DNA of 64,000 nt from the NCBI GenBank assembly GCA_965205485.1, contig OZ242180.1, positions 2,752,001 to 2,816,000 on the forward strand. Reading direction: 5' to 3'. The translations under genes were made by a program, and so were the position numbers. The DNA is from Candidatus Latescibacterota bacterium (GTDB taxonomy: Bacteria; Latescibacterota; UBA2968; GCA-2709665). Of the stretch, positions 50,107-61,444 are shown piece by piece (the first letter of the stretch is position 1; every line of letters begins with the position of its first letter). The notes under the pieces are model-generated. The model ran no database searches, had not been told where the DNA came from, and worked only from the letters and a program-made list of their open reading frames with translations.

Positions 50107-51333
50107 ATGAACGAACCGCAAGATGTGCATGAAATGGACGAGAAATACGTCGCAGACCGTGCCAGCGACGAATTCGCAGCCCTGTTGAAAGATGAACCGG
50201 ACCAGACGCCCGCACCGGTGCTTTCGGTGGGCCAGCGGCTCTCGGGTCGCATTCAATCGATCGATGAATCCTCGGTGTTTGTGGAATATGGAGGCCGGAG
50301 CGAAGCCGTTGTCGACATACAGGAACTTAAGGACGAGCAGGGTGTGGTTTCCTGCCGGGTCGGCGACAACATCGAAGCCTTCGTCGCCTCCGTCGAGAAT
50401 GAGGTTCGATTGACCATCTCCCGGCGGACCGGCAATGTCCAGATACTGCGCCAGGCATACGAAAACAGCATACCGGTCGACGGGCGTGTCACCGGATTCA
50501 ACTCCGGCGGTCTGGTCGTCAATCTCGGTGGCCGCCGGGCATTCTGTCCGGTTTCCCAGATCGATACGGGTTACAGCAAAGACCTGGCCTCCTATGCGGG
50601 GCAGACGCTTACGTTCAAAATTGTCGAATTCCGGGGCCGGGGCCGCAATATCGTACTTTCACGCCGCGCCCATCTCGAGGCCGAGGCTGCCCGCCGTGCG
50701 GATGAGCTGCGCGAGAAACTCAACGAGGGCGCTGAAGTCACGGGCAAGATTACCAGGCTTGAACGGTTCGGCGCTTTTGTCGACCTCGGCGGCGTGGAGG
50801 GTCTGGTGCACATATCGGAGATTGCGCACAATCGCGTCGGGCACCCGAAGGACGTGCTCCGGTCCGGAGACGAAGTCAACGTGAAGATCCTGGAACTCAA
50901 GGGTCTGGGCGGAGACAAAGAGCGGATCTCGCTTTCCATAAAGGCCCTCCTGCCCGACCCCTGGGACGGCGCGCTGGAGAGATACCGGGAGGGAGAGGAC
51001 ATCACCGGCAAGGTCGTTTCGATCCAGCAGTTCGGCGCCTTTGTCGAAGTCTCACCGGGTGTGGAAGGCCTGGTTCACGTGTCCCAACTCGCCCGCAGCC
51101 GTGTAGCGCGGCCAGCCGACGTGGTTTCCGTCGGGCAGGAAGTTCGCGCCCGGATCCGGAAGATCGACCGGGACAAGAAACGCATCTCCCTTTCCATGCG
51201 CGACCTTCAGGAAGAAGAAAAGAAGGCGGTTGAAGTAAAGGAAATCGAAGCGTTCAAGATCAAGGAAGACTCGTCAGACAACAAATCTGAAAGCGTCATG
51301 GCCGACGCCCTCCGCCGGGCCGGATTGCTATAG
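50107..51333 (+). CDS. S1 RNA-binding protein with four S1 domains (RpsA-like)
   Basis: FGAFVDLGGVEGLVHISE and FGAFVEVSPGVEGLVHVSQ repeats. Confidence 0.85.
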   Translation: MNEPQDVHEMDEKYVADRASDEFAALLKDEPDQTPAPVLSVGQRLSGRIQSIDESSVFVEYGGRSEAVVDIQELKDEQGVVSCRVGDNIEAFVASVENEVRLTISRRTGNVQILRQAYENSIPVDGRVTGFNSGGLVVNLGGRRAFCPVSQIDTGYSKDLASYAGQTLTFKIVEFRGRGRNIVLSRRAHLEAEAARRADELREKLNEGAEVTGKITRLERFGAFVDLGGVEGLVHISEIAHNRVGHPKDVLRSGDEVNVKILELKGLGGDKERISLSIKALLPDPWDGALERYREGEDITGKVVSIQQFGAFVEVSPGVEGLVHVSQLARSRVARPADVVSVGQEVRARIRKIDRDKKRISLSMRDLQEEEKKAVEVKEIEAFKIKEDSSDNKSESVMADALRRAGLL

Positions 51334-51521
51334 AAGCCGTCTTAAAATTCCCAGCGGTCTTCGCACGGCTGCAAAAGCGCCGGTCGGCGTTGGTCAAACC
51401 CACCCAAGAGTGGCGAGGGGCGCGCAGCCACGATACATTGAATATGGGCGGGTTTTCCCGCCTTGACCGCCGCTTTTTCGCTCGTGCTCGGGAACTCACC
51501 GGTAATTTTAAAACGGCTTCT
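51332..51521. mobile_element. MITE-like dispersed repeat, family A, copy 2
   Basis: Reverse complement of 1619-1782 with a longer central segment; TIR overlaps the S1 gene TAG. Confidence 0.8.
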
Positions 51522-51585
51522 TTGAACAGGATCCCGCATCCGATCCGGTCCGACGAGACCGCGGAGAACGGCCAGGGATCCCGAT

Positions 51586-51936
51586 ATGCCACGCTATAAC
51601 ACCGATCCTGAAATCCTCCTCAAGGAAGCGCAATTCCATCCCTTTCGCGGCGGCGGGCCGGGCGGCCAGAACCGTAACAAGGTTGAAAGCGCGGTCAGAC
51701 TCGCACACCTTCCCTCCGGCATCACTGTCGTTGCGTCCGAACATCGCTCTCAGGGGCGGAACAGGGACCTTGCCCTCCAGCGTCTCCGGAAAAAACTCAT
51801 CGGCCTGAACCACACGGCCAGACCTCGAATTCCAACAAGACCCTCACGTGCGTCCAGAGAAAAACGCATGGAACAGAAACGCCGGCAGGCGCGAAAGAAA
51901 GCCCTGCGGCGCATCGTGGACGGGTCTTGCCCGTAG
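51586..51936 (+). CDS. arfB: alternative ribosome rescue factor ArfB-like (peptidyl-tRNA hydrolase)
   Basis: GGPGGQNRNK GGQ motif, RSQ..N, basic tail RIPTRPS...KKALR. Confidence 0.85.
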   Translation: MPRYNTDPEILLKEAQFHPFRGGGPGGQNRNKVESAVRLAHLPSGITVVASEHRSQGRNRDLALQRLRKKLIGLNHTARPRIPTRPSRASREKRMEQKRRQARKKALRRIVDGSCP

Positions 51937-52154
51937 TCCTCTGCGCGAGGGTCTCGCCATCCCCCGCATCCTGTTCCCCTTCCCGCGGAAAAGGCAGCGG
52001 CGGTTGCGCCAGGCGTCCCGTGGCTCTCCGCCGCCATTTACCTCAAAAATGAATCATATAGAAGGTTCATGCGTCTTACGATACGTGGAAGGAATCGTTT
52101 CCGTGCCTGTATGCGGATGAGATGAATGCCTGTGCCAAACGAATCATCGTCGCT

Positions 52155-55100
52155 ATGAACAATCGATCTTCCCTTATTTCGCGTATTTCCGTCAACAGAC
52201 CTGTGACAATTACGGTGTGCCTGGTGGCCCTGCTCGTAATGGGCGCCGTGGCCTATTCGCGGATCGCGGTGAAAATGATGCCGGCGGGTTTCGATCCGCC
52301 CTTTTTGTGGTTGAGCGTCAGGTATCCCGGTTCGACCGCCACGCCTCAGGAGGTCGAACAGCAGATCACACGCCCCCTGGAGGAGCGCCTGCGGACAATA
52401 AAGGGAATCGAGCAGGTGAGGACGTACACGGACAGCCGGGGCGTCGGCGCCCCCCTCCGGTTTCAGCAGGATGCCGACATGACCCTGGCTTACAACCAGT
52501 TGCGGGATCAATTGGACCGCCTCAAACCGGACCTCCCCGAGGAAGTGCGAGATCGGATATTTGTGTGGAAGTACAACGACGAAGGCTGGAATATCATGTG
52601 GGTCGGCGCGGCCCTCGACTCCTCAATCGTAGACGTGTACCGTTTCCTTGAAACTCATGTCCAGCGACCTCTGGAGCGCATCGACGGCGTGGCCAGGGTG
52701 GAACTCTGGGGTACGGACCCCAAAGAGGTCATGATCGAAATCGACCGGGAGCAACTGATGGCCCGGGGTGTGAACGTCTACGATATGGTCAGAAGTCTGC
52801 AGAACGACAATTTTGCGCTCAAGAGCGGCTATGTGAACGAGGGAACCAAGAAATTCTACGTCCGTTCTCTCGCCCGTTACCGCAGTCTGGAGGAGATTGG
52901 CGATATCCCCGTCGGCTCCCGGCAGGGCGGCGTCAGGTTGCGGGAAGTCGCCGACGTGGTCTACGATATTCCGGCCAGGAGCTGGTATCAGAGAATAGAC
53001 GGTCAGCCGGCTTCTTCCGTGGGGATCAAGGCCGAGTCAGGAGCCGACATCGCCACGGTTTGCGACCGTGTCTCCGAAGCGCTCATCCAGATAGAGAACG
53101 GGCCTGCCCTGGCCGGAAAAGTGCAATTCAACGTGTTCTTCAACCAGGGCGAGCTAATCCGGGGGTCGGTTGCGACTCTGAGGAATACCGGCCTCTGGGG
53201 CGGGTTGTTTGCCGCGCTGATCCTGCTGTTCTTCCTGCGTGTCGTCCGAATGACGGCCATTATTACGCTATCGATTCCGCTATGCGCGATGTTAACCGTC
53301 ACGGTGCTTTATTTTTCCGGGTGGTCCCTGAACCTCATGACTATGATGGGTCTGATGGTAGGCGTGGGGATGGTTGTGGACAATGCGGTCGTGATTCTGG
53401 AGAACATCTACCGCCGGAGGGAGAAGGGCGAGTCGCCGAAGCCGGCGGCCGTCTCGGGCGCGGGTGAAGTCGCCATGGCAATAACCATGGCCACGCTGAC
53501 CACCGTTGTGGTCTTTCTGCCCCTGATGTTGATGACCGGTAACGTGGGGATGACGTTCTATCTTTCCCGGATGGGCGTCCCCGTAATCGTGATGCTGGTG
53601 GGGTCTTTGTTCGTCGCGCTGCTGATCATCCCGCTGGCCTCGGTGCGGTTCGGGGGCGACCGCGTCAAGCCGGATTCGAAGTCCATCGGCTGGGCCCGGA
53701 TACGTTACGGCCGCGTTCTGAAATGGGCGTTGAGCCACCGCCGGGACGCCATATTGATCCTCCTCGCGGTATTCGCAACCATTGCGATTCCGGCCGGCAA
53801 GATGAAACGCTCGGATGCGTCCCGCGGAAACATCAACGATATTGGCATCAATATTCGAACACCCCGCGACTTCACGACATATGAAACCTTTGAATTGATG
53901 AACGAAGTGGAGGAATTCCTGGATTCCAAGCGGGAAGCGTACGGCATCCGAACCATCCGGTCCTGGTTCCGCAAGACCCGCGGGAACTTCCGGATCTATC
54001 TGGATTCGGATCCCAATGAGGCATGGTGGTACGTCGCGTACAAGAACGTGAGATCCGGTCTGGGCGTTCCGGTGGACAATGCGATGGAACGCACGGAGGT
54101 CATCAAGGACCTGAAACAGAACATGCCCAAATACGTGGGGGTGCGCATCGGCGTGGAGAGCCGGGCACGGGGAGGAGGCGACCCTTCAGTTTCCGTCTAC
54201 CTCTACGGTGACGACACCGAGGCGCTCGCGGGCCTCGTAACCGAAGTCGAGCGCCGGCTCAGGGCGATACCTTCGGTGGTGAACGTGGACTCGGACCTGG
54301 AACGTTCCACGGATGAAGCGCAGGTCCTTATCGATCGGGATCGTGCAAGACGCTACGGGATATCTCCGCAGGTGGTGGCGCGGACGCTGGCCTTCACCAT
54401 GCAAGGGGTGAGCCTTCCCCGGTTCCAGTCCGGAGAACGGGAGGTGGATACGCGCCTGTACCTGGAAGAGGCGGACCGGCAGACACTGCATCATCTCAAG
54501 AGTTTCATGTTCAGGTCCGCATCGGGCGACGAGATTCCGCTATCCGAACTGGCCAGCTTCAAGGTAAAGCCGGGGCGCGGGAGAATTCGGCGGGAAGACG
54601 GAAAGACGCGTCTGGAGGTGAAAGCGTTTACGACAAAGGACGATCTCAAGAGTCTATACGCCGAAATCGACCGGGCGATGGACGGTTTCGAAATGCCCAG
54701 GGGATATTCGTGGAACAAGGGAGAACGGTTCGCCCGGTTCCGGGAGTCCGACAACGATACGATTTTCGCGGTGGTGATGGCCGTTACGTGTGTCTTTCTC
54801 CTGATGGGAGTGTTGTTCGAGTCCGTGGTCCTGCCGTTCTCGGTGTTGTTTTCGATACCGTTTTCGTTCCTGGGGGTGTACTGGACGCTCTATCTGACCG
54901 GTACGCCGATGGACATGATGGCCAACATCGGCATGATCGTACTCATCGGCGTCGTCGTAAACAACGCCATCGTGCTGGTGGATATGATCAACCGGATGCG
55001 CCTGGAGGGCATGGGCCGCACCGAGGCGATTCTGGAGGCGGGACACAACCGGTTTCGACCCATTCTGATGACGACGTTCACCACGGTGTTCGGCCTGTTG

Positions 55101-55313
55101 CCAATGGCGTTGGGGAATAGCAATCTGATCGGGATTCCCTATGCCCCGCTGGGACGGACAATGATGGGCGGGCTGCTGGTTTCGACGTTTATGACCCTGC
55201 TGCTTGTGCCCATCTGCTATACGCTGCTGGACGACCTGCGGACGTTTCTGAAAGGCGTCGTTCGAGCCGCGTTCTTTCGCCCCGCCATCGGCGAACAGAC
55301 AGCGGACGACTGA
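52155..55313 (+). CDS. RND efflux transporter permease (AcrB/AcrD/AcrF family)
   Basis: About 1050 aa; GMVVDNAVVILENI, GVVVNNAIVLVD, RFRPILMT. Confidence 0.92.
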   Translation: MNNRSSLISRISVNRPVTITVCLVALLVMGAVAYSRIAVKMMPAGFDPPFLWLSVRYPGSTATPQEVEQQITRPLEERLRTIKGIEQVRTYTDSRGVGAPLRFQQDADMTLAYNQLRDQLDRLKPDLPEEVRDRIFVWKYNDEGWNIMWVGAALDSSIVDVYRFLETHVQRPLERIDGVARVELWGTDPKEVMIEIDREQLMARGVNVYDMVRSLQNDNFALKSGYVNEGTKKFYVRSLARYRSLEEIGDIPVGSRQGGVRLREVADVVYDIPARSWYQRIDGQPASSVGIKAESGADIATVCDRVSEALIQIENGPALAGKVQFNVFFNQGELIRGSVATLRNTGLWGGLFAALILLFFLRVVRMTAIITLSIPLCAMLTVTVLYFSGWSLNLMTMMGLMVGVGMVVDNAVVILENIYRRREKGESPKPAAVSGAGEVAMAITMATLTTVVVFLPLMLMTGNVGMTFYLSRMGVPVIVMLVGSLFVALLIIPLASVRFGGDRVKPDSKSIGWARIRYGRVLKWALSHRRDAILILLAVFATIAIPAGKMKRSDASRGNINDIGINIRTPRDFTTYETFELMNEVEEFLDSKREAYGIRTIRSWFRKTRGNFRIYLDSDPNEAWWYVAYKNVRSGLGVPVDNAMERTEVIKDLKQNMPKYVGVRIGVESRARGGGDPSVSVYLYGDDTEALAGLVTEVERRLRAIPSVVNVDSDLERSTDEAQVLIDRDRARRYGISPQVVARTLAFTMQGVSLPRFQSGEREVDTRLYLEEADRQTLHHLKSFMFRSASGDEIPLSELASFKVKPGRGRIRREDGKTRLEVKAFTTKDDLKSLYAEIDRAMDGFEMPRGYSWNKGERFARFRESDNDTIFAVVMAVTCVFLLMGVLFESVVLPFSVLFSIPFSFLGVYWTLYLTGTPMDMMANIGMIVLIGVVVNNAIVLVDMINRMRLEGMGRTEAILEAGHNRFRPILMTTFTTVFGLLPMALGNSNLIGIPYAPLGRTMMGGLLVSTFMTLLLVPICYTLLDDLRTFLKGVVRAAFFRPAIGEQTADD

Positions 55314-55374
55314 TCGTATGGGCGGACCGGCCCGGGCTTCTCCCGTGGCTGGTGTCTGATTATCAGGACACGAG

Positions 55375-55402
55375 GCCGGAGGTGCGAACCTCCGGCGTTT
55401 TT
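55375..55402 (+). terminator. Rho-independent terminator
   Basis: gccggaggt-gcga-acctccggc then gttttt. Confidence 0.7.
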
Positions 55403-55579
55403 CTGTACATGTCATGGATGGGCCGGGGTTGAAGTGGTGGTTATAGTACGTTATATTGTGGCGTTGTCCGTCCGCGCGTTTCGGCGAATTGTGCGTGAGG
55501 AGACCGACGGCATGCGTGGTTCCGGCTGCGCTTCGCACGGCACAATTTCCCGATTTCCTGCCAGATATTTGGAGTTTCC

Positions 55580-56347
55580 GTGAATTTCAGGCCCTGTATC
55601 GATTTGCGTGGCGGGCGCGTGGTGCAAATTGTGGGCGGAACTTTGCGCCGCGGCGCCGCGCCTGTGACGAACTTCGAGACGGGCCGGTCCGCGGCCGACT
55701 ACGCGAAGATTTACAGAGCGGACAATCTGCCGGGCGGTCACGTCGTCATGCTCGGACCGGGCAACGAGTCGGCCGCGCTGTCCGCGTTGTCCGCCTTTCC
55801 CGGCGGGCTCCAGGTGGGTGGGGGCATCCGTCCGGAAAACGCGCGACGATATCTGGATGCCGGCGCCAGCCATGTCATCGTCACCTCGTATGTGTTTCGG
55901 GACGGGTGTGTAGACAACGATCGACTGGACAGGATGGTGCGCACTGTCGGCCGGAAGCGGCTGGTGCTGGACCTGAGCTGCCGGCGTCGAGGCGGCGGGT
56001 ATCTGGTGGTGACCGATCTGTGGCAGCGGTTTACCAGCGTCCGGGTGGACGGACCCACGTTGAACCGGCTCTCGGAATTCTGCGACGGGTTCCTCGTGCA
56101 CGGGGTGGACGTAGAGGGCAAACGGCAGGGGATCGAGGATTCCCTGGTGAAACTGCTGGGCGCCGAGTCGCCGATTGACGTGACGTACGCCGGCGGCGCG
56201 CGGCGGCTTGAAGACCTGGACCGTGTGGAGAGACTGGGAAAGGGGCGCGTGGGACTGACGATTGGCAGTGCGCTGGATATATTCGGCGGCGACGTGCCAT
56301 ATGCGGAAGTCGTGGCCTGGCAGCGGCGGCGCGAACGGCCGGCGTGA
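55580..56347 (+). CDS. hisA: ProFAR isomerase, His6 (eukaryote-like) type
   Basis: FRPCIDLRGGRVVQIVGGTL, GGHVVMLG, GASHVIVTS, LVLDLSCR, TIGSALDIFGG. Confidence 0.88.
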   Translation: MNFRPCIDLRGGRVVQIVGGTLRRGAAPVTNFETGRSAADYAKIYRADNLPGGHVVMLGPGNESAALSALSAFPGGLQVGGGIRPENARRYLDAGASHVIVTSYVFRDGCVDNDRLDRMVRTVGRKRLVLDLSCRRRGGGYLVVTDLWQRFTSVRVDGPTLNRLSEFCDGFLVHGVDVEGKRQGIEDSLVKLLGAESPIDVTYAGGARRLEDLDRVERLGKGRVGLTIGSALDIFGGDVPYAEVVAWQRRRERPA

Positions 56348-56412
56348 GTCTGGTGATCAGGTGACCGAACGTTCCTGTCCCTGTCAGCAACTCGAGCGGA
56401 CTGCCTTTTCCG

Positions 56413-57426
56413 GTGGAGAACCCCGTGGCGACGTTCCGGGAGATCGGAGAGTTCGGCTTTATCGAGCGGATTGGCGCAGCCGCATTGCCCCCGGCCGTCG
56501 GTGTGTGCTGCGGGATAGGGGATGACTGCGCCGTGTTGGCGTGCGAAAACGACCGTGTGCGGCTCATCACGTCGGACTTGATGGTGGAAGGCGTTCATTT
56601 CGCGGTCGAGGGTTCCGATCCGGGTTGGTTGGGTCATAAGCTGCTTGCAGTGAGCCTGTCGGATATCGCGGCGATGGGCGGGGAGCCTCGCGAGGCCGTG
56701 GTTTCGTTGGCGATTCCCCCGGATTTTGACGTCGGATTCATGGAACGTGTATATCGGGGATTGCGCAGATTGGCGTCTCGCTTTGGCGTCAACGTCGTTG
56801 GAGGCGACACAACGCGGAGTACGGGGCCGCTGGTCATGAATCTGACGCTCACGGGCGAAATGGATCAGGACCGGGTGTGCTACCGTTCCGGCGCAGCCCC
56901 GGGTGATTTGATCTATGCGTCGGGCACGCTCGGGGATTCCGCGGCAGGCTTGAAACTTGCGCTGGGCCAAGCTGTCGGACTGTCTGAGGAGGACCGTGAG
57001 TTTCTTCTCCGCAGGCACCACAGGCCGGAACCAAGGGTGGCGTTGGGTCGGGCGCTGGCGGCATCGGGTACCGTGACGGCGATGTTGGATCTATCGGACG
57101 GGATGGCTTCGGACCTGCGGCATATCTGCAGGCAAAGCCGGGTTTCCGCGGTGATCGATGGGACGGCAATTCCCGTTTCACCCGCGTTCGGGAGATTTCG
57201 CGAGCATTCGGATGCCTGCACCCGGAACCTGGAGATAACGGGCGGAGAGGACTATGAATTGCTGTTTACGGTGGCGCCCGGGGGGAGAGATGACGTGGAA
57301 GCGCTCGGCGCCAAGCCGGGGATTTCCTGCATCGGGCGGATCGTATCGGGTGACGAGCGTGTATATGTCGAGAACGCGCAGGGACTGAGGTCGGAGCTGG
57401 AAGCGCGCGGTTTCAAGCATTTCTGA
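56413..57426 (+). CDS. thiL: thiamine-phosphate kinase
   Basis: GEFGFI, GIGDDCA, LSDIAAMG, GGDT, DLSDG, GGEDYELLF. Confidence 0.95.
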   Translation: MENPVATFREIGEFGFIERIGAAALPPAVGVCCGIGDDCAVLACENDRVRLITSDLMVEGVHFAVEGSDPGWLGHKLLAVSLSDIAAMGGEPREAVVSLAIPPDFDVGFMERVYRGLRRLASRFGVNVVGGDTTRSTGPLVMNLTLTGEMDQDRVCYRSGAAPGDLIYASGTLGDSAAGLKLALGQAVGLSEEDREFLLRRHHRPEPRVALGRALAASGTVTAMLDLSDGMASDLRHICRQSRVSAVIDGTAIPVSPAFGRFREHSDACTRNLEITGGEDYELLFTVAPGGRDDVEALGAKPGISCIGRIVSGDERVYVENAQGLRSELEARGFKHF

Positions 57427-57506
57427 GTCTGACTGTCTCCCTGAATGACTATCGGAACCCGGTCAGTCGATACGCGCCGGGTTGGAAGGAACAGGACTGA
57501 AAAGCC

Positions 57507-59951
57507 ATGTCCCGAGAGCCAGAGACGAATGGGGCCGTCAGCCTGACCGTTCCCGTAACCGGGATGAGTTGCGCGGCCTGCGCCGCCCGCGTTCAGGACG
57601 GATTACGAAAAACCCGGGGTGTAGGCGAAGCGTCCGTCAACTTCGCCACGGGAGATGCCACCGTGCAGTTGAGAGACGGTGTGTCCGGCACGAAGCGGGT
57701 TGTTCGTGAAATCGAGAGTCTCGGCTATGGGATACGTACTGAAGAGACAAGACTTGCCGTGGGCGACATGAGCTGCGCCGCCTGCGTATCCGCAATAGAG
57801 AACGCGATAACGGGGGTACCGGGCGTCGTCGACAGCGAGGTCAACCTCGCGGCCCGTCAGGCCACGGTGCGGCATTTCGCGGTCCCGGATTCCGTTCTGA
57901 CGCGCGCGGTAATCGATGCAGGGTACGGCGCGACAGTAGTGGAACCGGACGCCTCCGCGGAGGAAGGAGAACGGAGGGAGGAACGATCGGAACGCCGTTC
58001 GATTCGATTGCGATTCATCGTCGCCGCGGTGCTGTCAACGTTGATCATGGGTGTGGGTATGCTGCACGAGTCACTGGGAGCGCCGTACTCTCTCCGGCAG
58101 GTCCACCTTCTGCTCTTCCTCCTGGCAACTCCCGTGCAGTTCTGGTGCGGCTGGCGCTTTCTAAGCGGGTTCTGGAGCGGCCTGCGGCGCAGGACCGCTG
58201 ACATGAACAGCCTTATTGCCGTCGGGACGCTGGCGGCCTATGGCTACAGCGTCGCGGGCACTTTTTTTCCCCGGTCCGTTGCTGGGCCCGGAGAGCCCGT
58301 CAGCGTCTATTTCGACACGTCGGCTATGATCATTACCCTCATCCTGCTGGGCCGGCTCCTGGAAATCCGGTCCCGCGGCCGCGCGACCGAAGCCATCCGT
58401 ACGTTGATGGATCTCCGGCCCGAGACCGCGTGTGTCCTTAGAAACGGCGAGGAGACGCTGGTTCCTGTAGAGGACGTCGCCGTCGGCGACCTCATTCGTA
58501 TTCGACCGGGCGACAGAGTCCCTGTAGACGGCGTGGTGCAGGAGGGGCAATCGAGCGTGGACGAGTCCGTGATAACGGGTGAGAGCATGCCCGTTGAAAA
58601 AGTCAGACAAAGCCGGGTTCTCGGGGCAACGCTCAACAAGACCGGGAGTTTCACATTCGCGGCCACACAGGTCGGCGCCGAAACGGTGCATGCCCGGATC
58701 GTTCAATTGGTTCGCCAGGCCCAGGGCTCGCGCGCGCCCGTTCAGCGGATCGCGGACCGGGTTGCCGGGGTCTTTGTGCCTGTCGTTTTCGGCGTCGCGT
58801 TGCTCACGTTCGCCCTGTGGTGGTCCGCCGGTTCCGGATCCGGCGCTTCCAACGCGCTGCTCAATGCCGTTGCGGTCCTCATTATCGCCTGTCCGTGCGC
58901 GCTGGGTCTGGCGACGCCAACGGCCATTCTGGTCGGCACCGGCCGGGCGGCGGAACTGGGTGTCCTCATCAAGGGAGGCTCTGTCCTGGAGACGGCCCAC
59001 CGCCTCGATACGATCGTCCTGGACAAAACCGGCACCATCACTACCGGAAGACCTGCGGTAACCGATCTGGTGACGACAGGTACACGTTCGGAATCGGATC
59101 TGCTCAAATTGGCGGCGTCCGTCGAACAAGGTTCCGAACACCCCCTCGGAGAAGCCATCCGCGACGCGGCGCGGGAACGGAAACAGCCCGTTGAAGAACC
59201 TCTCGAATTTGAAGCCCTGCCCGGGCAGGGCGTGCGCGCAAAAAAGGCCGGCCGCACCATCCTTCTGGGCAACCGGCAGTTGGTGGAAAGCCAGGCCGAA
59301 TTGACCGATGACCTGGATGCGAAGGCGGCGCGTCTGGAAACCGCCGGCAAAACAGTCCTGTTCGTGGCCGTAGACGATCAGGTGGAAGGCCTCATCGGCG
59401 TGGCCGACGTCCTCAAGCCCGATGCCGTTCGCGCCGTCGCCGATCTCAAGTCACTTGACCTGACCGTCATCCTCCTGACGGGAGACAACGCAAGAACCGC
59501 CGTAGCCGTCGCGGAACACGCGGACATTCACCGGGTCATTGCCGGGGTCATGCCCCACGAAAAAGCCGCCCGAATCGAGGAATTGCAGGAAAAGAGACAT
59601 TGTGTGGCCATGGTCGGAGACGGCGTCAACGACGCGCCCGCCCTGGCGACCGCCGACGTCGGCATTGCCGTCGGCACCGGGACGGCCGTGGCGATGGAAA
59701 GCGCGGACATCACCCTCATGTCCGGTAGCCTCACCGGAATAGAGGCCGCGATCCGCCTGTCGGGGCGGACCATGCGCACGATTCGACAGAACCTCTTCTG
59801 GGCGTTTGCCTACAACGTACTGCTGATTCCGGTGGCGGCTCTCGGCCTGCTCAACCCGCTCGGAGGGCCCATGGTGGCGGCTGGCGCGATGGCGCTGAGT
59901 TCCGTCTCCGTGATCTCGAATTCGCTCCGGATCAGAAAATTCATGCGATAG
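57507..59951 (+). CDS. copA: Cu(I)-translocating P1B-type ATPase
   Basis: Two MSCAAC HMA domains, [26 protein letters not shown]. Confidence 0.93.
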   Translation: MSREPETNGAVSLTVPVTGMSCAACAARVQDGLRKTRGVGEASVNFATGDATVQLRDGVSGTKRVVREIESLGYGIRTEETRLAVGDMSCAACVSAIENAITGVPGVVDSEVNLAARQATVRHFAVPDSVLTRAVIDAGYGATVVEPDASAEEGERREERSERRSIRLRFIVAAVLSTLIMGVGMLHESLGAPYSLRQVHLLLFLLATPVQFWCGWRFLSGFWSGLRRRTADMNSLIAVGTLAAYGYSVAGTFFPRSVAGPGEPVSVYFDTSAMIITLILLGRLLEIRSRGRATEAIRTLMDLRPETACVLRNGEETLVPVEDVAVGDLIRIRPGDRVPVDGVVQEGQSSVDESVITGESMPVEKVRQSRVLGATLNKTGSFTFAATQVGAETVHARIVQLVRQAQGSRAPVQRIADRVAGVFVPVVFGVALLTFALWWSAGSGSGASNALLNAVAVLIIACPCALGLATPTAILVGTGRAAELGVLIKGGSVLETAHRLDTIVLDKTGTITTGRPAVTDLVTTGTRSESDLLKLAASVEQGSEHPLGEAIRDAARERKQPVEEPLEFEALPGQGVRAKKAGRTILLGNRQLVESQAELTDDLDAKAARLETAGKTVLFVAVDDQVEGLIGVADVLKPDAVRAVADLKSLDLTVILLTGDNARTAVAVAEHADIHRVIAGVMPHEKAARIEELQEKRHCVAMVGDGVNDAPALATADVGIAVGTGTAVAMESADITLMSGSLTGIEAAIRLSGRTMRTIRQNLFWAFAYNVLLIPVAALGLLNPLGGPMVAAGAMALSSVSVISNSLRIRKFMR

Positions 59952-60050
59952 GCGGGAGGCTGGGGTTTTCCAGGCGCGGTCGCCATTTAAGGCCGCCGCG
60001 CTAAGCTAGACTGGCGCAGTTTTGTTCCGTATACGGAATCATCCGAAAAC

Positions 60051-61175
60051 TCACCGATTTTTCTTCGCGTACGCAAGGATGCCGTTAACGATCTTTTTCG
60101 CGTGGTGCTGCCGGTTCTTGTGATACCGGATTCGATAGGCCTCGTTCTCGTGGTGGACGTTGTGAACTTCAACGAGAATTTCGGCGTGGGCCTGATTATT
60201 CCGCAATACCGCCAGGTTCCGCCCCCGGATTTTAGCGGGGAGGTTCGGCTGGTGCAGGACCGAACGCATGACGCGAGCCAAATACCTGGAACGGCTGTCA
60301 ATTCTGCCCCGCCGTTTATGGTAGATTACCAGCGGACCCTTCGGGCGCCCGGGAGTGTTGTCCGCGTGCAGCGAAACAAACAGACTCCTGCCCCTTCGCG
60401 CTCCCTTTACGAAGCGGTTCGTCACCCGGACTCGCTGTGAAATATTGGCGCTTCTGGGCCGCACCTTTTCCGAATTCCTCCGGTTGTACCGCTCATCGTT
60501 GTAGACTTCGTTCTTTTCGTGCACGAATGTCGTTTTGGCCGGCAGGTTGTCGCGGATCAGATGATTGGGGCTGATCACCGTCAATGTCACCTCCGCGCCG
60601 AGCAGCCTGAGTTCTTTGAACATTCGCAACGCAATGTCGTACACGTATTCATCTTCGACCACGTAAACCCGCTGTTTCTTGCCTGCCAGGTTGGACACGA
60701 TGGCGCCCGGGTCGATTCCTCCGTGCCCGGGGTCGAGCACGATCCGCCATCCCTTCAGTGGTTTCCTTCTCTTCCTGGGCGCCTTGGCGAGAATCTCGTT
60801 GTCGAAGGCGCGCAACAGGATCTGGGCGCGTCGATAGTCCAGACCCGGGCTGGTTCGCGCCCTTTCGGAGTAGTTGCGATGCCTTTGCCTGCTCGCTTTC
60901 GGCTTTTGCCAGTAATATGGTCCGTTCGGCGCGTTGTATTTGGTAATACGAGGTGTCAGACGGAGTACCTGACCCGGATAGACGTTGTTGGACCGCAGCT
61001 TGTTGATCCGCTTGATTGCCCTGATGCTGGTCTTGTATTTCCTGGCAATCGACCACAAGGAATCGCCCTTTCGGACCTTGTGGACCAGCGAGAGTCCGGC
61101 GAGGGGACTTGCCAGCAGCAAGACCACGCAGAGCCCGGCGCTCAGAAGTCGCAAGAATCGAAGCTTATCCATCAT
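60051..61175 (-). CDS. LysM + N-acetylmuramoyl-L-alanine amidase (Amidase_3)
   Basis: Signal peptide, HKVRKGDSLWSIA LysM, LDPGHGG, SLHAD, LVEV. Confidence 0.85.
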   Translation of the reverse strand: MMDKLRFLRLLSAGLCVVLLLASPLAGLSLVHKVRKGDSLWSIARKYKTSIRAIKRINKLRSNNVYPGQVLRLTPRITKYNAPNGPYYWQKPKASRQRHRNYSERARTSPGLDYRRAQILLRAFDNEILAKAPRKRRKPLKGWRIVLDPGHGGIDPGAIVSNLAGKKQRVYVVEDEYVYDIALRMFKELRLLGAEVTLTVISPNHLIRDNLPAKTTFVHEKNEVYNDERYNRRNSEKVRPRSANISQRVRVTNRFVKGARRGRSLFVSLHADNTPGRPKGPLVIYHKRRGRIDSRSRYLARVMRSVLHQPNLPAKIRGRNLAVLRNNQAHAEILVEVHNVHHENEAYRIRYHKNRQHHAKKIVNGILAYAKKNR

Positions 61176-61428
61176 TGTTGTTATCCGCTGAAGCACGAGT
61201 AGACCCACGGGCGCACCTGCCCGTATCTCGAGAGAGTACTCCAGATTTTACGCCATTTGTCCGAAAAAGACAAGTCGGCTATGGCTGTGAACGAGCCTCT
61301 GGAGCCGATACAAGTCGGTTGTTTTCGCCTTGCGTTCGGTGTATTTCACCAATAATTGTTGACAATCATTCATCGAAATGAAATATAAATCGCTAAATAA
61401 CAGTTATTTATATGGTTTTTTGTGATTC

Positions 61429-61444
61429 GGGCACGGTCCTTGCG
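61429..61444 (+). promoter_or_regulatory. sigma54 (-24/-12) promoter of the psp-like operon
   Basis: gGGCACG-gtcc-TTGC with GG-N10-GC spacing; AT-rich tract and palindrome-like ggtgtatttcacc (about 61339) upstream. Confidence 0.7.
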
